Shown here: piece by piece, positions 35,623 through 48,399 of the stretch | Position numbering within the stretch: position 1 is the stretch's first letter | Layout of the letters: each line of letters starts with the position of its first letter | NCBI GenBank assembly: GCA_026023565.1 | Contig: JAPETS010000021.1 | Span: 1-64,000, forward strand | Origin: Cirrosporium novae-zelandiae | Taxonomy: Eukaryota | DNA length: 64,000 nt | Direction of reading: 5' to 3' | Notes under the pieces: model-generated | Databases searched by the model: none | What the model was told of the DNA's origin: nothing | The model's input: only the letters and a program-made list of their open reading frames with translations | Translations under genes and position numbers: made by a program

Positions 35623-38600
35623 TCATTTCCTTTCTGGATCTCCAATCTTGTTGAACAATTCTTCCTTGGACACGAGTTCTGTTGCTTCCAATTCATGCTG
35701 GAAATTAATCGTTGATCGCCTTAGCTCTTCACTGCTGGGCATTCCCTTAGGCCGCTTCAAATGTGAACTACCCAACATCATAGGGATTAGAGGAGGGTCT
35801 TCCTTAGTGCCACTCCTTCTAGATGCCTGGTCGAATTCTTTCGGGAGAGAGACACAGTCCTCGTAGAGACGTGACCAAACTTTCGCATCTGGTGAACGTT
35901 CGATTGAACTTCCTTCTTCCGAGTCTGTACTTAGCGGCGTGGACTTCTTATCAAACAGTCGGGATAGTTTGTATTTTGGTGTAGAATGTAGAAATGAGCT
36001 AGAGCCATTATCTGCAGAGCGACCTCCTTCGTCAATATCTTGCAACGAAGGTTTATGGTCGAATTGACGAGACAATTTGTATTTTGGGGTCGACTGTAGG
36101 AAAGAACCACTTTCCTGGGAACGTTCTGAAGAGTGACCACCCTCGCTGAGATCTTGAGATGTAGATTCGGCCCCCAAATGCCGAGACAGGATATTGGGGC
36201 TTGGTAGTGGACGGTAAATACGGTTTCCACTAAGTGGAATTCCTTCATCCTCGATTGGAGTTGAGCGTTGTAGAGCGTCATTGATGAGACAGCGGAATTT
36301 CTCCGATTCTACTTGTGGAACTAAGGGGTGGGATGGTGGTAAAACCTGGAGCTCGGGGTGATCGAGTCGTCCCCCTGTAGCAATGGACGAACGATGGCCT
36401 ACATTTGGAATTCGAAATTCCATGCTCTTAGTTCGATATATTGTAGTTAGCCTCTTCATTATCTTCTTTCCAAATGTCATACTGCGGCTCTTCTTCTTCA
36501 GTGCTTTTGCTCTAACCCGCTGTGAAGAAGCTTCTGGATCCTCAGCTCTTGGATCATTGACAACCCCGGAGAGAGTTGCAAAGTCACAAGTAACAACTTC
36601 GTCTGTTGGGGTAATACCTGATTCGCGCTCAGCCTTTCTATGCAATGGAAAGCGAGCCCAAGATGGTGTAGAAAGCGCCGATGGACTTCTTGGTTCCCGA
36701 CTCAACCCAATGCTGAAAATGGCTGCCGAGCTTTTACTGACTTCAGCAATTGAAGTTCGAGATCTAGCCACTTTAAGTGAATGAGTAGACTTGGAAAGTT
36801 TTCCAGGATGACGTGCGTTATATTTACTGATAGGAATAGTACTTCCCCAGCCAACGTTTGCCGTGGGGTGTGTGGAATGCATTTTAGAAAGCTTGGCCTG
36901 TTGGTCAATATGATGCCTCAATGCCTTTTCCCACGTAATGGATGTATCCTCCAAGTCTCCCACAAAAGAATATCCGTAGCCCGTACGTTTCTTAGAATTT
37001 TTCCAACTTATACTTTCTGCAGAACTAGACATGCTTCGTCTATTGCTTTTCTTCGAGTGTGGACTATTAGAAGGTTCCTGGGCGTCAATCTTGAGATTAC
37101 TATCAAAGTTTTCACGAAATTTACTCATCTTTGGAAGTGTTACTGCTCGAGGCTTCTGAGCAAAACGCCTTTCTGCAGCTAGTAGCTCCCGGTTTCGGTA
37201 ACTGTCAGTACTTGATAGAAAGCTGGTAGAGTCATTGGTCCGCCCTCGAAGCCAGCTCGATTCTGTAGGAGAGTAAAGAAAGTTATCGCGTGTATCCAAT
37301 GAAGTAGATATATCATCGGTCGGTGATCGACCTGAACAAAAAGACTTTGGGCCATCAATTTGCGCTGGATAGCTAGGACGAGCACGAAGCTGTGGTACCG
37401 ATGACTTCGGGGTTGGTGCAGGGCTTCCACCTTGTGAAGGATAAACGGAGGAAGCATTATCTGCTGGAATTAATTCCTGTGGCTGAAAATCCTGCGCTGA
37501 ACTGAAGGAGAACTTGAAACTTGAATTCCTCTGGAGGTGTTGGATGTGATAGGGATTCACAGAGAAGCGTGCACTACTTGTGCTGGATTGCCCCCTTCGA
37601 TGCTTGCTTATCGTTGATGAGTCGGACCCTGACATCCCTGCAGGTTGCGTTAAAGCTAGATTTTGTGAAATTCTCATGTTGTATAAGTGAATAGACTTCT
37701 CTGCGAGCGAGGCATTTGATGTACTGCGAGGGATTTCGTTGAGCTGGACTATATCAGCAGCAGGCATGATTTCATCAGTAGCCCTTTCAGAAATCGCTCC
37801 ATCATTACCGGCTAGTGACTTTCTACTAAACACCACCGAGGCAGGGTGTATTGAATTTCTCTTGTTACTGCTTTTGACGGGAGATTTTCCTTCTAGACAG
37901 GAAAAGGATAGACGCCATTCTTGAAGAAGAGAAGGGTTGTCGATGCTAGGAAGACGAAGAGGCGACAAATCGGGAGCAGCTGGTAAAGTACCTAACGATC
38001 TGGGAGTACTATGATCTCTCGTGGGTTGGGGAGGGGGGGTGGAACAAAGATCTAGGCTGTCCCCAGCCCTGTTATATCCAGCTCTATTTTCAGCTTCTTC
38101 ACTGTTATTTTGTTGTGTCATTGGTATTTTACGAGGGGTCATTGGTGTCATAATTTGCATAGAAGTAGGCCTTGTTGGATTAGTACCGTGAATGATTTGA
38201 TTTAGAAACTGTGTTCCAGCAGAAGGTTCTCTTGATGCTTTCGGGGTGGCAATAGTCGCAGCATCACTATCATAACCGCCTTGGCTTGCACGCCTATCTT
38301 CGAGGAGGTCCTCTGGAAGTGGCGAGGTTTGCTGGTATTTTGATCTTGCGTCTTCATCTAGACCATCAGTACTCTGAACATGGTTTAACCGTTTTGAGTT
38401 TCTAGAAAATACAGAATCTCGAGAAATTCGTTTTCGGATATCGTTAGCAACAGCAGAAAGCCTACTATTGCTTCGGTTGCGGTCACTGCAAGGTGTTCCT
38501 TTCTGAACGACTCCATCCTTCTGACCAGAGCCTTCAATGGTTCCAATCGAATTCCTGAATATCTCCCTCAGGGCTTGTGCATCAGAGCTGCTGTCATTAA

Positions 38601-38733
38601 TCGGCTCAGAGTCCTCGGATTCAATGCCACGAGATCGCCGAGCACTAGCTTGCGAATTTGTATGATCAACAGAATTCGAGCGTAGATTAGGTGAATCGGG
38701 TCGACGAGCAAGACAGCAGAGCATGGTCGGCAT
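35623..38733 (-). CDS. Large Ser-rich fungal hypothetical protein (1036 aa)
   Basis: 3.1 kb ORF. N-terminal MLCC (possible acylation site). Short blocks such as SIHLYNMRISQNL, SWARFPLH, SMTFG and SSIATGGRLDHPELQVLP resemble a conserved Pezizomycotina family (from recall). Confidence 0.8.
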   Translation of the reverse strand: MPTMLCCLARRPDSPNLRSNSVDHTNSQASARRSRGIESEDSEPINDSSSDAQALREIFRNSIGTIEGSGQKDGVVQKGTPCSDRNRSNSRLSAVANDIRKRISRDSVFSRNSKRLNHVQSTDGLDEDARSKYQQTSPLPEDLLEDRRASQGGYDSDAATIATPKASREPSAGTQFLNQIIHGTNPTRPTSMQIMTPMTPRKIPMTQQNNSEEAENRAGYNRAGDSLDLCSTPPPQPTRDHSTPRSLGTLPAAPDLSPLRLPSIDNPSLLQEWRLSFSCLEGKSPVKSSNKRNSIHPASVVFSRKSLAGNDGAISERATDEIMPAADIVQLNEIPRSTSNASLAEKSIHLYNMRISQNLALTQPAGMSGSDSSTISKHRRGQSSTSSARFSVNPYHIQHLQRNSSFKFSFSSAQDFQPQELIPADNASSVYPSQGGSPAPTPKSSVPQLRARPSYPAQIDGPKSFCSGRSPTDDISTSLDTRDNFLYSPTESSWLRGRTNDSTSFLSSTDSYRNRELLAAERRFAQKPRAVTLPKMSKFRENFDSNLKIDAQEPSNSPHSKKSNRRSMSSSAESISWKNSKKRTGYGYSFVGDLEDTSITWEKALRHHIDQQAKLSKMHSTHPTANVGWGSTIPISKYNARHPGKLSKSTHSLKVARSRTSIAEVSKSSAAIFSIGLSREPRSPSALSTPSWARFPLHRKAERESGITPTDEVVTCDFATLSGVVNDPRAEDPEASSQRVRAKALKKKSRSMTFGKKIMKRLTTIYRTKSMEFRIPNVGHRSSIATGGRLDHPELQVLPPSHPLVPQVESEKFRCLINDALQRSTPIEDEGIPLSGNRIYRPLPSPNILSRHLGAESTSQDLSEGGHSSERSQESGSFLQSTPKYKLSRQFDHKPSLQDIDEGGRSADNGSSSFLHSTPKYKLSRLFDKKSTPLSTDSEEGSSIERSPDAKVWSRLYEDCVSLPKEFDQASRRSGTKEDPPLIPMMLGSSHLKRPKGMPSSEELRRSTINFQHELEATELVSKEELFNKIGDPERK

Positions 38734-39032
38734 CTCTGCCGGAAGAGTGATTCAAGATCAATGAATAAGTATTTTAATGCAGTACTCGCTACTTTGTAGT
38801 ACAACTGGCAGCCTTGTGAGGTTTTGGTCGAAGGAATGGGTGAAAGTCACAGTGCATTCTGAAATGAAGAAAGAACCAAAAAACGGTTAGATTTGAAGAA
38901 AAGAAAGCATTTGTCCTTGTACTTTCCATCTTTATGGAAATGGTAGTAATTCTGCTTTTCATGTCCAGGAAACAGTAATGGCAATGGTATGTGCAATCTG
39001 GAGGCTTAAGAAAAGAGCCTGAGGAAAGTGCC

Positions 39033-39086
39033 AACAAGAAGAACAAGAGGAACAAGAAGAACAAGAAGAACAAGAAGAACAAGAAG
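39033..39086. repeat. 9-bp tandem repeat (AACAAGAAG)n, about 6 copies
   Basis: Directly visible in the divergent promoter between the 1036-aa gene and MET6. Confidence 0.85.
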
Positions 39087-39629
39087 ATATAAACATTACC
39101 CCCACCAAGTTAAATGGACAGTGAGCACAAATGAATGATGATATGTAAATGATGCGGATGGATGGGAGAAAACTAGAAAATGGATATAATTACCTAGGTA
39201 AAATACACCGTATTTTGTATTTTCCTAACAGGTTTTCGCCAAGACCGGGTTATCCTTTATCATCTCCGTGCCATTGAATGGAGGGGCGCGATTAAGATTT
39301 TCCAGTCTTCGCAGGCCTCGCACCCTTCCCATGCTTAGTGGATGCCGCAATCGGGCCCAAAAGATTCAAAGACTTGAAAGGATTGAAAGGATTGTTGAGG
39401 TAAGATTGACATTTGTCTAGCCGCCAGTCCGACCCCACCAACAAACCCTTCAAAAGGTACCAATTGCTCCCCTCCATTATTTTTTCTTCTTCTCTGGTCA
39501 GGTCACTTCTCTCCACACATCTTTACTCTTCTTCCTCTAACCAGACCTCCTAACCTCTTCATCCCTTGCATCATTGTGTCTTTCTCACGTTTAATACCAA
39601 AGCCAAAGAGATTATTGTCCTCATTCAGT

Positions 39630-42123
39630 ATGGTTCAATCGTGAGTAATTGATGTTCTCAATCCTGCACTCTTTAAACTAAGAGGGTATTTTAGATCTAT
39701 CCTTGGTTTTCCCCGTATGGGTGCAAACCGTGAGCTTAAGAAGGCTACCGAGGCATACTGGGGTGGGAAGCTCAGTCAAGAGGACCTTCTCAAGGAAGGA
39801 AAGAGACTCAGACTTGAACACTGGAAGATTCAGAAAGATGCTGGTGTCGACATCATCCCCAGCAATGACTTTGCATTCTATGACCAAGTTCTAGACCACA
39901 TCCTCCTCTTCGGAGTCAGTATACACCGTCTTTCAACGTAAAACCTCGATAGTCTAACATAATCGTGATGCAGGCTATCCCAGAACGATACTCTAAATAT
40001 CAACTCTCACCAATTGATGAATACTTCGCTATGGGACGTGGTCTCCAGAAACCAGCAAAGGATGGAGCAGCTGCTGTTGATGTTCCTAGTCTAGTAAGCG
40101 TCACCGAATTCTAAAGATCGGCTTGCAAGCTTACATGTATCAGGAAATGGTTAAATGGTTTGACTCCAACTACCACTACGTCAAGCCTACTCTCCAGGAT
40201 GGCCAGACTTTCAAGTTGGCTGCCAACCCAAAGCCCGTGGTTCAATTCCTTGAAGCCAAGGAAGCTGGAATCCACACCCGACCAGTTCTTGTCGGTCCTG
40301 TATCCTTCCTTGCTCTAGGAAAAGCCGACCGAGGCTCTTCCGTTGAGCCAATCTCCCTTCTAGACAAACTTCTCCCCGTCTACGAAGAATTGTTGGTGAA
40401 ACTCAAAGAAGCCGGTGCAGACACTGTTCAGATCGACGAGCCTGTTCTCGTTTTTGATCTTCCAGCAAAGGTCAAGGCCGCTTTCAAGCCTGCTTATGAG
40501 AAATTGGCTAGCCTTGGAGACAAGATCCCCAAGTTGGTTTTTGCCACCTACTTCGGAGACATCGTCCACAACATTGATGTCTTGGCTTCCCTCCACGATA
40601 TATATGCAATTCATGTTGACTTGGTCCGTAACCCTGAGCAGCTTGATACTGTCTTGGGTTCTCTGGGCCCCAAGCAAACATTGTCTGTTGGTGTTGTTGA
40701 CGGAAGGAATATCTGGAAGACAAACTTGAAGCGAGCTGTTGAGACTGTCGAGAAGGCCATCCAAAAGCTCGGCAAGGATCGTGTCATTGTCGCTACCTCC
40801 AGCTCTCTCCTCCATACTCCCCACACCCTCGCTAGTGAGAAGAAACTAGACCCAGAAGTCAAGGACTGGTTCTCTTTTGCCGTCGAAAAGGCCCATGAAG
40901 TTGCAGTCATTGCCAAGGCCGCCACTGAGGGCCCAGCTGCTGTCCGTGAGGAGCTTGAAGCCAACGCAAAATCCGTTCAAGCAAGAGCCAGCTCCAAACA
41001 CACAAATGACCCCAAGGTCAAGGACAGGCAATCAAAAATTACCCCAGAATCATACAACCGCCAATCACCCTTCCCTAACCGTATTGCACAACAACAGAAG
41101 CAACTCAACCTCCCTCTATTCCCTACAACCACCATCGGTTCTTTCCCACAAACAAAGGAAATCCGTGTCCAGCGAAACAAGTTCACCAAGGGTGAAATCA
41201 CCGCTGAGCAATACGAGAAGTTCATTGAGAAGGAGATTCAGGATGTCATCAAGATTCAAGAAGAACTTGATCTTGATGTTTTCGTCCACGGAGAACCTGA
41301 ACGTAATGATATGGTCCAATACTTCGGAGAACGACTAACTGGTTACGTATTCACCACCCACGCTTGGGTTCAGAGCTACGGTTCTCGATGTGTCCGTCCA
41401 CCTATCATTGTTGGTGACGTCTCTCGCCCTGCTCCAATGACCGTCAAGGAATCCAAATACGCTGCCTCAATCTCGAAGAAGCCAATGAAGGGTATGCTTA
41501 CTGGACCAATTACCTGCCTTCGCTGGTCTTTCCCTCGTGATGATGTCCATCAGTCTGTCCAGGCTGAACAGCTTGCTTTGGCCCTTCGGGACGAAGTTAT
41601 CGACCTCGAAGCTGCTGGCATCAATGTCATCCAAGTTGACGAGCCCGCTCTTCGTGAAGGTCTTCCACTCCGAGCTGGAGAGGAAAGAGAAAAATATTTG
41701 TCTTGGGCTGTCAAGTCTTTCAGACTTGCTACTGCCGGTGTCAAAGACTCCACCCAAATTCACTCCCACTTCTGCTACTCTGAGTTCCAGGACTTCTTCC
41801 ACGCTATTGCTGCTTTGGATGCTGATGTTCTCAGCATTGAGAACAGCAAGAGTGATGCTAAATTGCTCAAGGTCTTCGTTGACTCCGCTTACCCAAGACA
41901 CATTGGCCCCGGCGTCTATGATATCCACTCACCTCGTGTTCCAAGCGAGCAGGAAATCAAGGACAGGATTGAAGAAATGCTTCAATACCTCAAGCCAGAT
42001 CAACTCTGGATTGACCCCGACTGCGGTCTCAAGACCCGTCAATGGGCTGAAACCAAGGCTTCGCTCACCAACATGGTCAACGCAGCCAAATTCTACCGCC
42101 AGAAGTACAGCAAGTCTGCTTAA
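39630..42123 (+). CDS. MET6: Cobalamin-independent methionine synthase
   Basis: MVQSSILGFPRMGANRELKKATEAYW, EMVKWFDSNYHY, TTTIGSFPQT, HGEPERNDMVQYFGE, Zn ligands HFCYSEF and W(I)DPDCGLKTR. Three short 5' introns. Confidence 0.98.
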
Positions 42124-42739
42124 GCAGGCGAGGGCAGTATGACTGGTTATTCAACATTATGATTCAACGATGATACCTGGATGATTACGTGTAACACTTT
42201 CGATTTCAACATCGGCGTTTGGAGAGCCCGACTGAGGCAACGGCGATATGTATATGCCTTGAAAAGTTTTCATTTGTTTACTATGGCTGGAATATTGGTA
42301 AGCCACCTTCATCAGGAGGCATAGGAGCTTTAAAACTAGCATCTCGAGGTTCAACAAAAGTGAATCTCATGGTCACGATTAGATAAAAGCTAGAAGATCC
42401 CTCAACGGGTTCAATATCAAAGAACGTTAAATGTTCTCAGTTGCTGAGGAAATACTTGTAAGATTTTGTTGGAATACAAATATTACACGTCGTACATCCC
42501 TTGCATTTGGCAGCTACTTTGGTGGTGTAACGGAATACCAGTATCCGATGGCAGAAAAAAAGGTGATATTGTAACCGAAATCAAACTCTTCCACTATCGA
42601 TAGTGGTGACGGCATAATAGGTAAAGTTTAATGAATAAGCATATACCTCCACCCCAACACACCCACAAAGGTGTGGAGAATGATATTTGGACCTTAAATG
42701 ACAGTCAATTGAAAATCGCCAAATCTTGAGACTGCTAAT

Positions 42740-43748
42740 ATGTCACTTCTTCAGAATTGGTTCCCTCCATCACGCGAGCATTGGGAACTCATAGTACAAT
42801 GTTTTCAATATTTCCCCCTGGTAAGACATATTCTTCATGTTGAAGACCGACAACATAGTATGCTTACCATATATACTATAACAATAGGTCACGGTAGTTC
42901 AATGGGGCGGGTTCGAGCCATGGTTTGGAAAGACATCGATGAATTCATCCAAGCTCAACATTCCAGGGAAGATTGGATGGGCAACGATGGAGTGTCCAGG
43001 ATTCATAAACCTACTTTACATTATGTTTACTTTGCCAAAGAAGCTAGGGATTGAAAAGCTTCCCATAGGTAATTGGCTGTTGGTCGGCTTATTTGTACGT
43101 CTGCTTTTTCAAGAGTCATGATTTTTGGTGGATGTGGCTAACTATATTGTTCCTTTGTTGGGATTGTTGCAGACACTCCATTATATCAACCGCTGTTTCA
43201 TTGGCCCCTACCTCTCGCCCGCCATGGCTCCGATTCACGTCACTGTCTGGGCATGCGCTTTCTGCTGGCAGTTGTTTAATAGCACCTGCATCGGTGGATG
43301 GCTCGCAGGCTACGGCCCCACAAACGATGAATTCTGGGGTTCGCGCCCAATGAAAATGCAGATTGGCTTGATACTCTTTGTTCTTGGCTTGACAGGGAAC
43401 TTTTGGCATGATGAGGAGCTGCGTGAGATTCGGCAGGCGGCGATGAAGAAGCAGAAAAATCATGCGGAGGAGAAGGATAAAGCGAAGAAGAGCGTGGAGA
43501 AGGTGTATGTGATGCCGGAGAATGGGTTGTTTGCGTACATACTGTATCCGCATTATGTGTGCGAGTGGATTGAGTGGATGGGGTTTTGGCTCATTGGTGG
43601 GATGAGCTTCCTACCTGGGCAGATGTTTGTGGTTAATGAGATTACTACGATGCTGCCTAGGGCCGTGCAAGGGAAGAGGTGGTATCTGGAAAAGTTTGGC
43701 AAGGAGAAGGTCGGGAGGAGGGGCGCTGTGATCCCAGGGTTGCTGTGA
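42740..43748 (+). CDS. 3-oxo-5-alpha-steroid 4-dehydrogenase (steroid 5-alpha-reductase/DET2 family)
   Basis: GK...LNIPGKIGWATMECPGF, HYINR, GNFWHDEELREIR, YVMPENGLF.YILYPHYVCEWIEW and RAVQGKRWY..KFG. Two introns. Confidence 0.9.
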
Positions 43749-43934
43749 AGATATGATTTGATTTCTGCCTCTAGCAGTATTCAACATGTCGAAAAGTAGG
43801 TGACTAGAATGTAGTATCGCTGCAGTTGTAGGCATCAATCATCTTGTTTCATTATTAATCTTAAACCCCATGTCTAATGCTCTATGCACCGTAGACCGAA
43901 AGAACTCCAACCCCGATACCCGTTGACCATCGAA

Positions 43935-44325
43935 TTAGCCGTACATGAAGAGAGAAGCCTACCTCATAGATTTAGCCCACACTCTCGCCACAACCAAATC
44001 AAAGGATATATTCCACTTACCGCCATCACAATACAACATATCGACACATACGGACTTAACCGTTCCCCCACTCGTGCGAATTTCCAGAATATGCCCCCGA
44101 AGCTAGACCACGCCCAACCAAGTCAATATGCATTTTCACCAATCTTCTTTTTTGCCATACCCTTTCTTGTTCTTATCCATCAGGCCAGGCGCAAAGGAAT
44201 GCGCATATGTGCACGTGCAGATGAGGAGGAGGATGACGATTAGGAGGGATTGGAAGTTCCAGAGGGCAGACTAGAGTTGACGGGTTAGCAGAGTCGTAGA
44301 TCAAGGTAAATTGTATGCGCACCAT
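43935..44325 (-). CDS. KSH1: Protein kish (TMEM167/Ksh1), absent from the ORF track
   Basis: The first coding exon is the ATG alone. The spliced product is [72 protein letters not shown]. Three GT-AG introns. Confidence 0.93.
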
Positions 44326-44629
44326 TTTTTCGGCGGTTGTAGTCTTTCAGATGGGAGGTTAGTGTAAATATAAATAAGTGTTTGAGCTTAGAGATAGTTG
44401 GCCAATTTCTTGATCTGGGAACTGGAACTGGTATTTACTGGCTTTGGGTTGTTGCGGGCTCTCCGTTGTTGCACCTCCACACGTGGCGTTCGGGAGGGTC
44501 TCGGATGAACTGCAGCTAAGCTCCGACAAACAATGAAGGACTTAATTAGGTACATGGCAATTCTACATAAAGACATTAATAGAATAGGAAGAAGTTGCTG
44601 CTCCTGCACCAGCCTTTTAACCTCCAAAG

Positions 44630-45106
44630 ATGGCTGAACCAAGAGCTCGTGCTGCCAGACACAAGGGCCAGTTGAACTTTGCCAACGATCGTAAGTCCCC
44701 TTCAAAGAATCTCAAATCCCAGCTAGAAGTTCCAAGGTGCTTTCTACCGCAAGCTTCCTACATCCAAAGCTGATGTCTATCTACAGTCAAAGCATTCCTC
44801 TACGCCTTCGGCGATGATCCAGATCCTCTCCCAGAAACGGTCAAAATCCTCGATGAGATTGTCACCGACTTCATCATCGAAACCTGCCATGCAGCTGCTC
44901 AAGTCGCCTCCCACTCTCGTCGCCAGAAAGTAAAGGTCGAGGATTTCAAGTTCGTATTGCGCAAAGATGAAGTGAAGCTGGGACGGGTGATGGAGCTGCT
45001 CACTATGGATAAGGAGTTGAAGGAAGCTCGAAAACAGTTCGACGACAAGGACGACAAGGTTGTTCCTGACGGCCAGGATGCAGACAAGAAAAAGGGAGGA
45101 GCTTGA
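44630..45106 (+). CDS. TAF13: TFIID subunit Taf13 (TFIID-18kDa family), absent from the ORF track
   Basis: MAEPRARAARHKGQLNFANDLKAFLYAFGDDPDPLPETVKILDEIVTDFIIETCH...KVKVEDFKFVLRKDEVKLGRVMELL. Intron 44691-44786. Confidence 0.93.
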
Positions 45107-45935
45107 ATGGGACATATTTCGATACGGGTGTGTAATAAGGCGTATTGGCGTTTCTTGCTGAAACAAGATACCCTTACATGATGGCATCTCTATGGAGTCA
45201 ATTCTGCTACACAATTATGAAAGACTATGGATATCAAGGAAATAAAAATCGGAGGCGATTCTGATTCCTATGCTGCATGCTGAACATGCTAGCCTCTTTA
45301 ATTCGGCATAATGGTGAGGCGCGAATATTACGCTGCTATCTACTTCGGGACGTCTCGTTACTGTTTCGGCACAGTATCACATCTGCCTGCAGCCAGTCGA
45401 TATTTCTATCTATGTACCAGTACTTTATGACGGGGTTTCCAGATCGTGGGAGAGGGAAGCATCAGTGGTGTTCACAGCTGAACGATAGGCGTACAAAGAG
45501 TGAAGATGGCTTAAGTCCCCTCCAATGGAGGACTAGATTAGCTGCTGGTTTCCAAAAGTAATTACCTAGGTAAATGGTGGGGCTGAGAAGTTATAATTAA
45601 TATTTGTAGTCATGTACTCTAGACGGAATCTTAACCAGGATAGCAAGTGACGGACAAGTGCCGGCCTCCAGATTGCCCGTGGCCTCACCTCAACTTTTCC
45701 CGAAAGAGACCAAGTTCCGCCGTGCTGAGCTCCTCTTCCAACCTCCCACTCTACTCGAGTATATTATTGTCTCGTCGTTCATTTTTGTCCCTCAAATGAT
45801 TGGTCACTAGTACTTTTCTATTCCTGCGACTTTAATTCTCTCAGGGTTGTTTTTTGTACTGTGGTGTCTAGTGGTGTCATTATTTCTTGCTCTGTTCGTG
45901 TTCATGTTAGCTCTGGTATATGCATATCTATAACC

Positions 45936-47030
45936 ATGAAGTGCGGTAATCGATTCTTCGTCGCCATTTCAATCGCACTCTTCACAATCTTTTTAACCTT
46001 GCTCAACATCGTCACCGATAGATGGGAACAGTACCGCGGGAGTGAATATGTCTCCTGTCAGCTTCGAGGGTTCATGAAATCCTCCAGCTGCGAGCCTAAG
46101 CCTAGTGTTGGAGAAGTGGGAGATAAAGTTATCGTTATGGCCAAAATGGAGGATGAAGACACAAGTTGGGTAGAAGACTACCTCGGCGAGTAAGATTCCA
46201 CTCTTTAATGACTGCCCTCATTCAGTCCCGCGACCACTTTTGCTAACCTTCAATTCCCTTCCTTAGCTGGCAGCGAGCCATCTACACCGTCAACCCGTCC
46301 GCCAATACTCCTGCAGACACTCTAGTAACCCCTCTCAACAAAGGCCACGAGGCCATGGCCTACCTCACATATGTAATCGACAACTACGACAAACTCGCCT
46401 CCACCATCGTCTTCCTCCACTCCCACCGTTCGGGCTTCCTCACCGCATGGCACGTAGACAGTCCGATGCACGACAACGTATGGGCAATGCAACACCTCCA
46501 GCTCGACTTCGTCCAAGAAAACGGCTACGTCAACCTCCGCTGCAACTGGAACCCAGGGTGTACGAAAGCCCAGCGGAAAAACAACAAGCACATCACGTGG
46601 GATGTGTGGCAGGAATTGTTCACAAATACTAGCACTCCCCCCGCGGCTGCTGCTGCTGACTCTGACTCCGAGACCGGGGAGAAGAAGGCAATGTACATGC
46701 CCACGGAGGTGGGTGCCGCATGTTGCGCCCAGTTCGCTGTAAGCAAGAAACAGGTCCAGCAGAGACCAAAGGACGATTATATCCAATTCCGGAGATGGGT
46801 AATCGAGACGAAGAAAGATGATGCCCATAGCGGACGGGTCATGGAGTACATATGGCATGTTATATTTGGAAAAAACGCTGTATAGTAAGTTTCCAACCCT
46901 ATCCCATCTTCCTCCCCCCCGGCCCTTCTTATGACATATACCTAACCCACTCACTCACCCACTAACCCCCACCTTCAACAGTTGCCCCCACCAAGATATC
47001 TGCTACTGTTCAGTATACGGAGACTGTTAA
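45936..47030 (+). CDS. DUF3431-family membrane-anchored or secreted protein
   Basis: N-terminal TM/signal segment, VMAK..EDTSW, NKGHEAMAYLTYVIDNYD, VFLHSHR...WHVD, GYVNLRC.W.PGC, CCAQFAVS, SGRVMEYIWHVIFG and terminal YCP....CYC..YG.C*. Confidence 0.88.
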
Positions 47031-48399
47031 ATCTAAAAAAAGAACCCCCCAAAAAAGAACCCCCCAAAAAAGAAAAAGAAAATAAAATGAAAATAAAATG
47101 AAAAAATGTATGAATGATATATATACTCCGTTTTTTCCCCATTCCTACATACATACATGCATACATATATACATAATATATCACGACCCCCACCCCCAGA
47201 AAAAAGCTAGAAGATTCTATATAGGGACGAGGATAGGGATAGGGATAAGGACAGATAAGGATGGGACGGGGCGTATCGGAAAGGATTAATTTTTTTTTTG
47301 GTTTTATATACATATTATTATAATTACGAGTACGAGTACGAGTCGATATGATATGATACATTGGACAAAAGGGGGGGAACCTATAATTATTAGGCTGCGG
47401 CGCGATGGCCGGTTTCTTCCTCCTCCTCTTGTTAGAAGAAGGGGTAAATCAATCTATCTATATCCCTTCTTCTTCTTCTTCTTCTTCTTCTAAGAAACTT
47501 ACCCGTTTTCGAATGATAACGAGTATAAATAAATAATTAATTAATATACCTAGATAATGCAAAGGATTTGGGGGATGGGAGAAGAAGGAGAGGAAAGAGA
47601 AGAAGAAGAAAGGGGGAAGGGAATGGTGGATGTGGATGTATATGCGGATGCATATATGTATGGAATTGGAAGAAACGGAAACACTTTGAATGATCCTTTC
47701 CATGTCCATGTTTATTTCCTTAAGTTATTGAAGTAAAAAAATTAAATAAATAATTTTTTTTTGTTTAAGAAAATGTAACCCCCCTCCCTAGTCTAATCTA
47801 AGTCTAAATCCTATGTCCAGGTCCCATCCCATCCCATGACTTGATTCCATAAAAATTTCCTTCCTTCCTTTATGCCCATGCCCATGACAATGGGGCGGTG
47901 GTGATGACATAGAGGTTGTATGACTAGTTAAGTAGCTATATGGAGGGAGATCCGACTAAGATATTCCGGAAACTGATCGTGCGTGCTTTCTTTTCTCCTC
48001 TTCCGCCTTTGGGGTTTTTTGGTATTGTGATGGTGGTGATATATGTGTGTGTTTGTTTGTGTTTGTTGGCTCATTCATCCCCAGAAGCAGCACTGCATGC
48101 ATACGTCCATGTATGGATGTTTCCTTATCGGCTTCTGACGTGTGCACCACATATCTCATGCTTGGATAAAGTACTTAGGTATCAATGTCGGTGTTAGTGT
48201 TAGAATCGGTACCAGTTCCATCCCAAACGAGTTTACAAAAGAAATCACAAGTCAGATATCTATAAACTAGAGGTTCATTTTCACCGAGAAGCCCAAGAAC
48301 ACCAGAAGACCCCCCCCAAAAAAGGCCCTCTTTCAACACCGATAATGAAACAGGTGCTTGCGTTGATGAAGCGTTTCCTTAGACAACAGCGAGACTTGT

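Noticed and set aside
40360..42142. Overlapping and antisense ORFs within MET6 (likewise within KU70 and the beta-helix gene)
   Set aside because: They are shadows of strong codon bias in the real genes.
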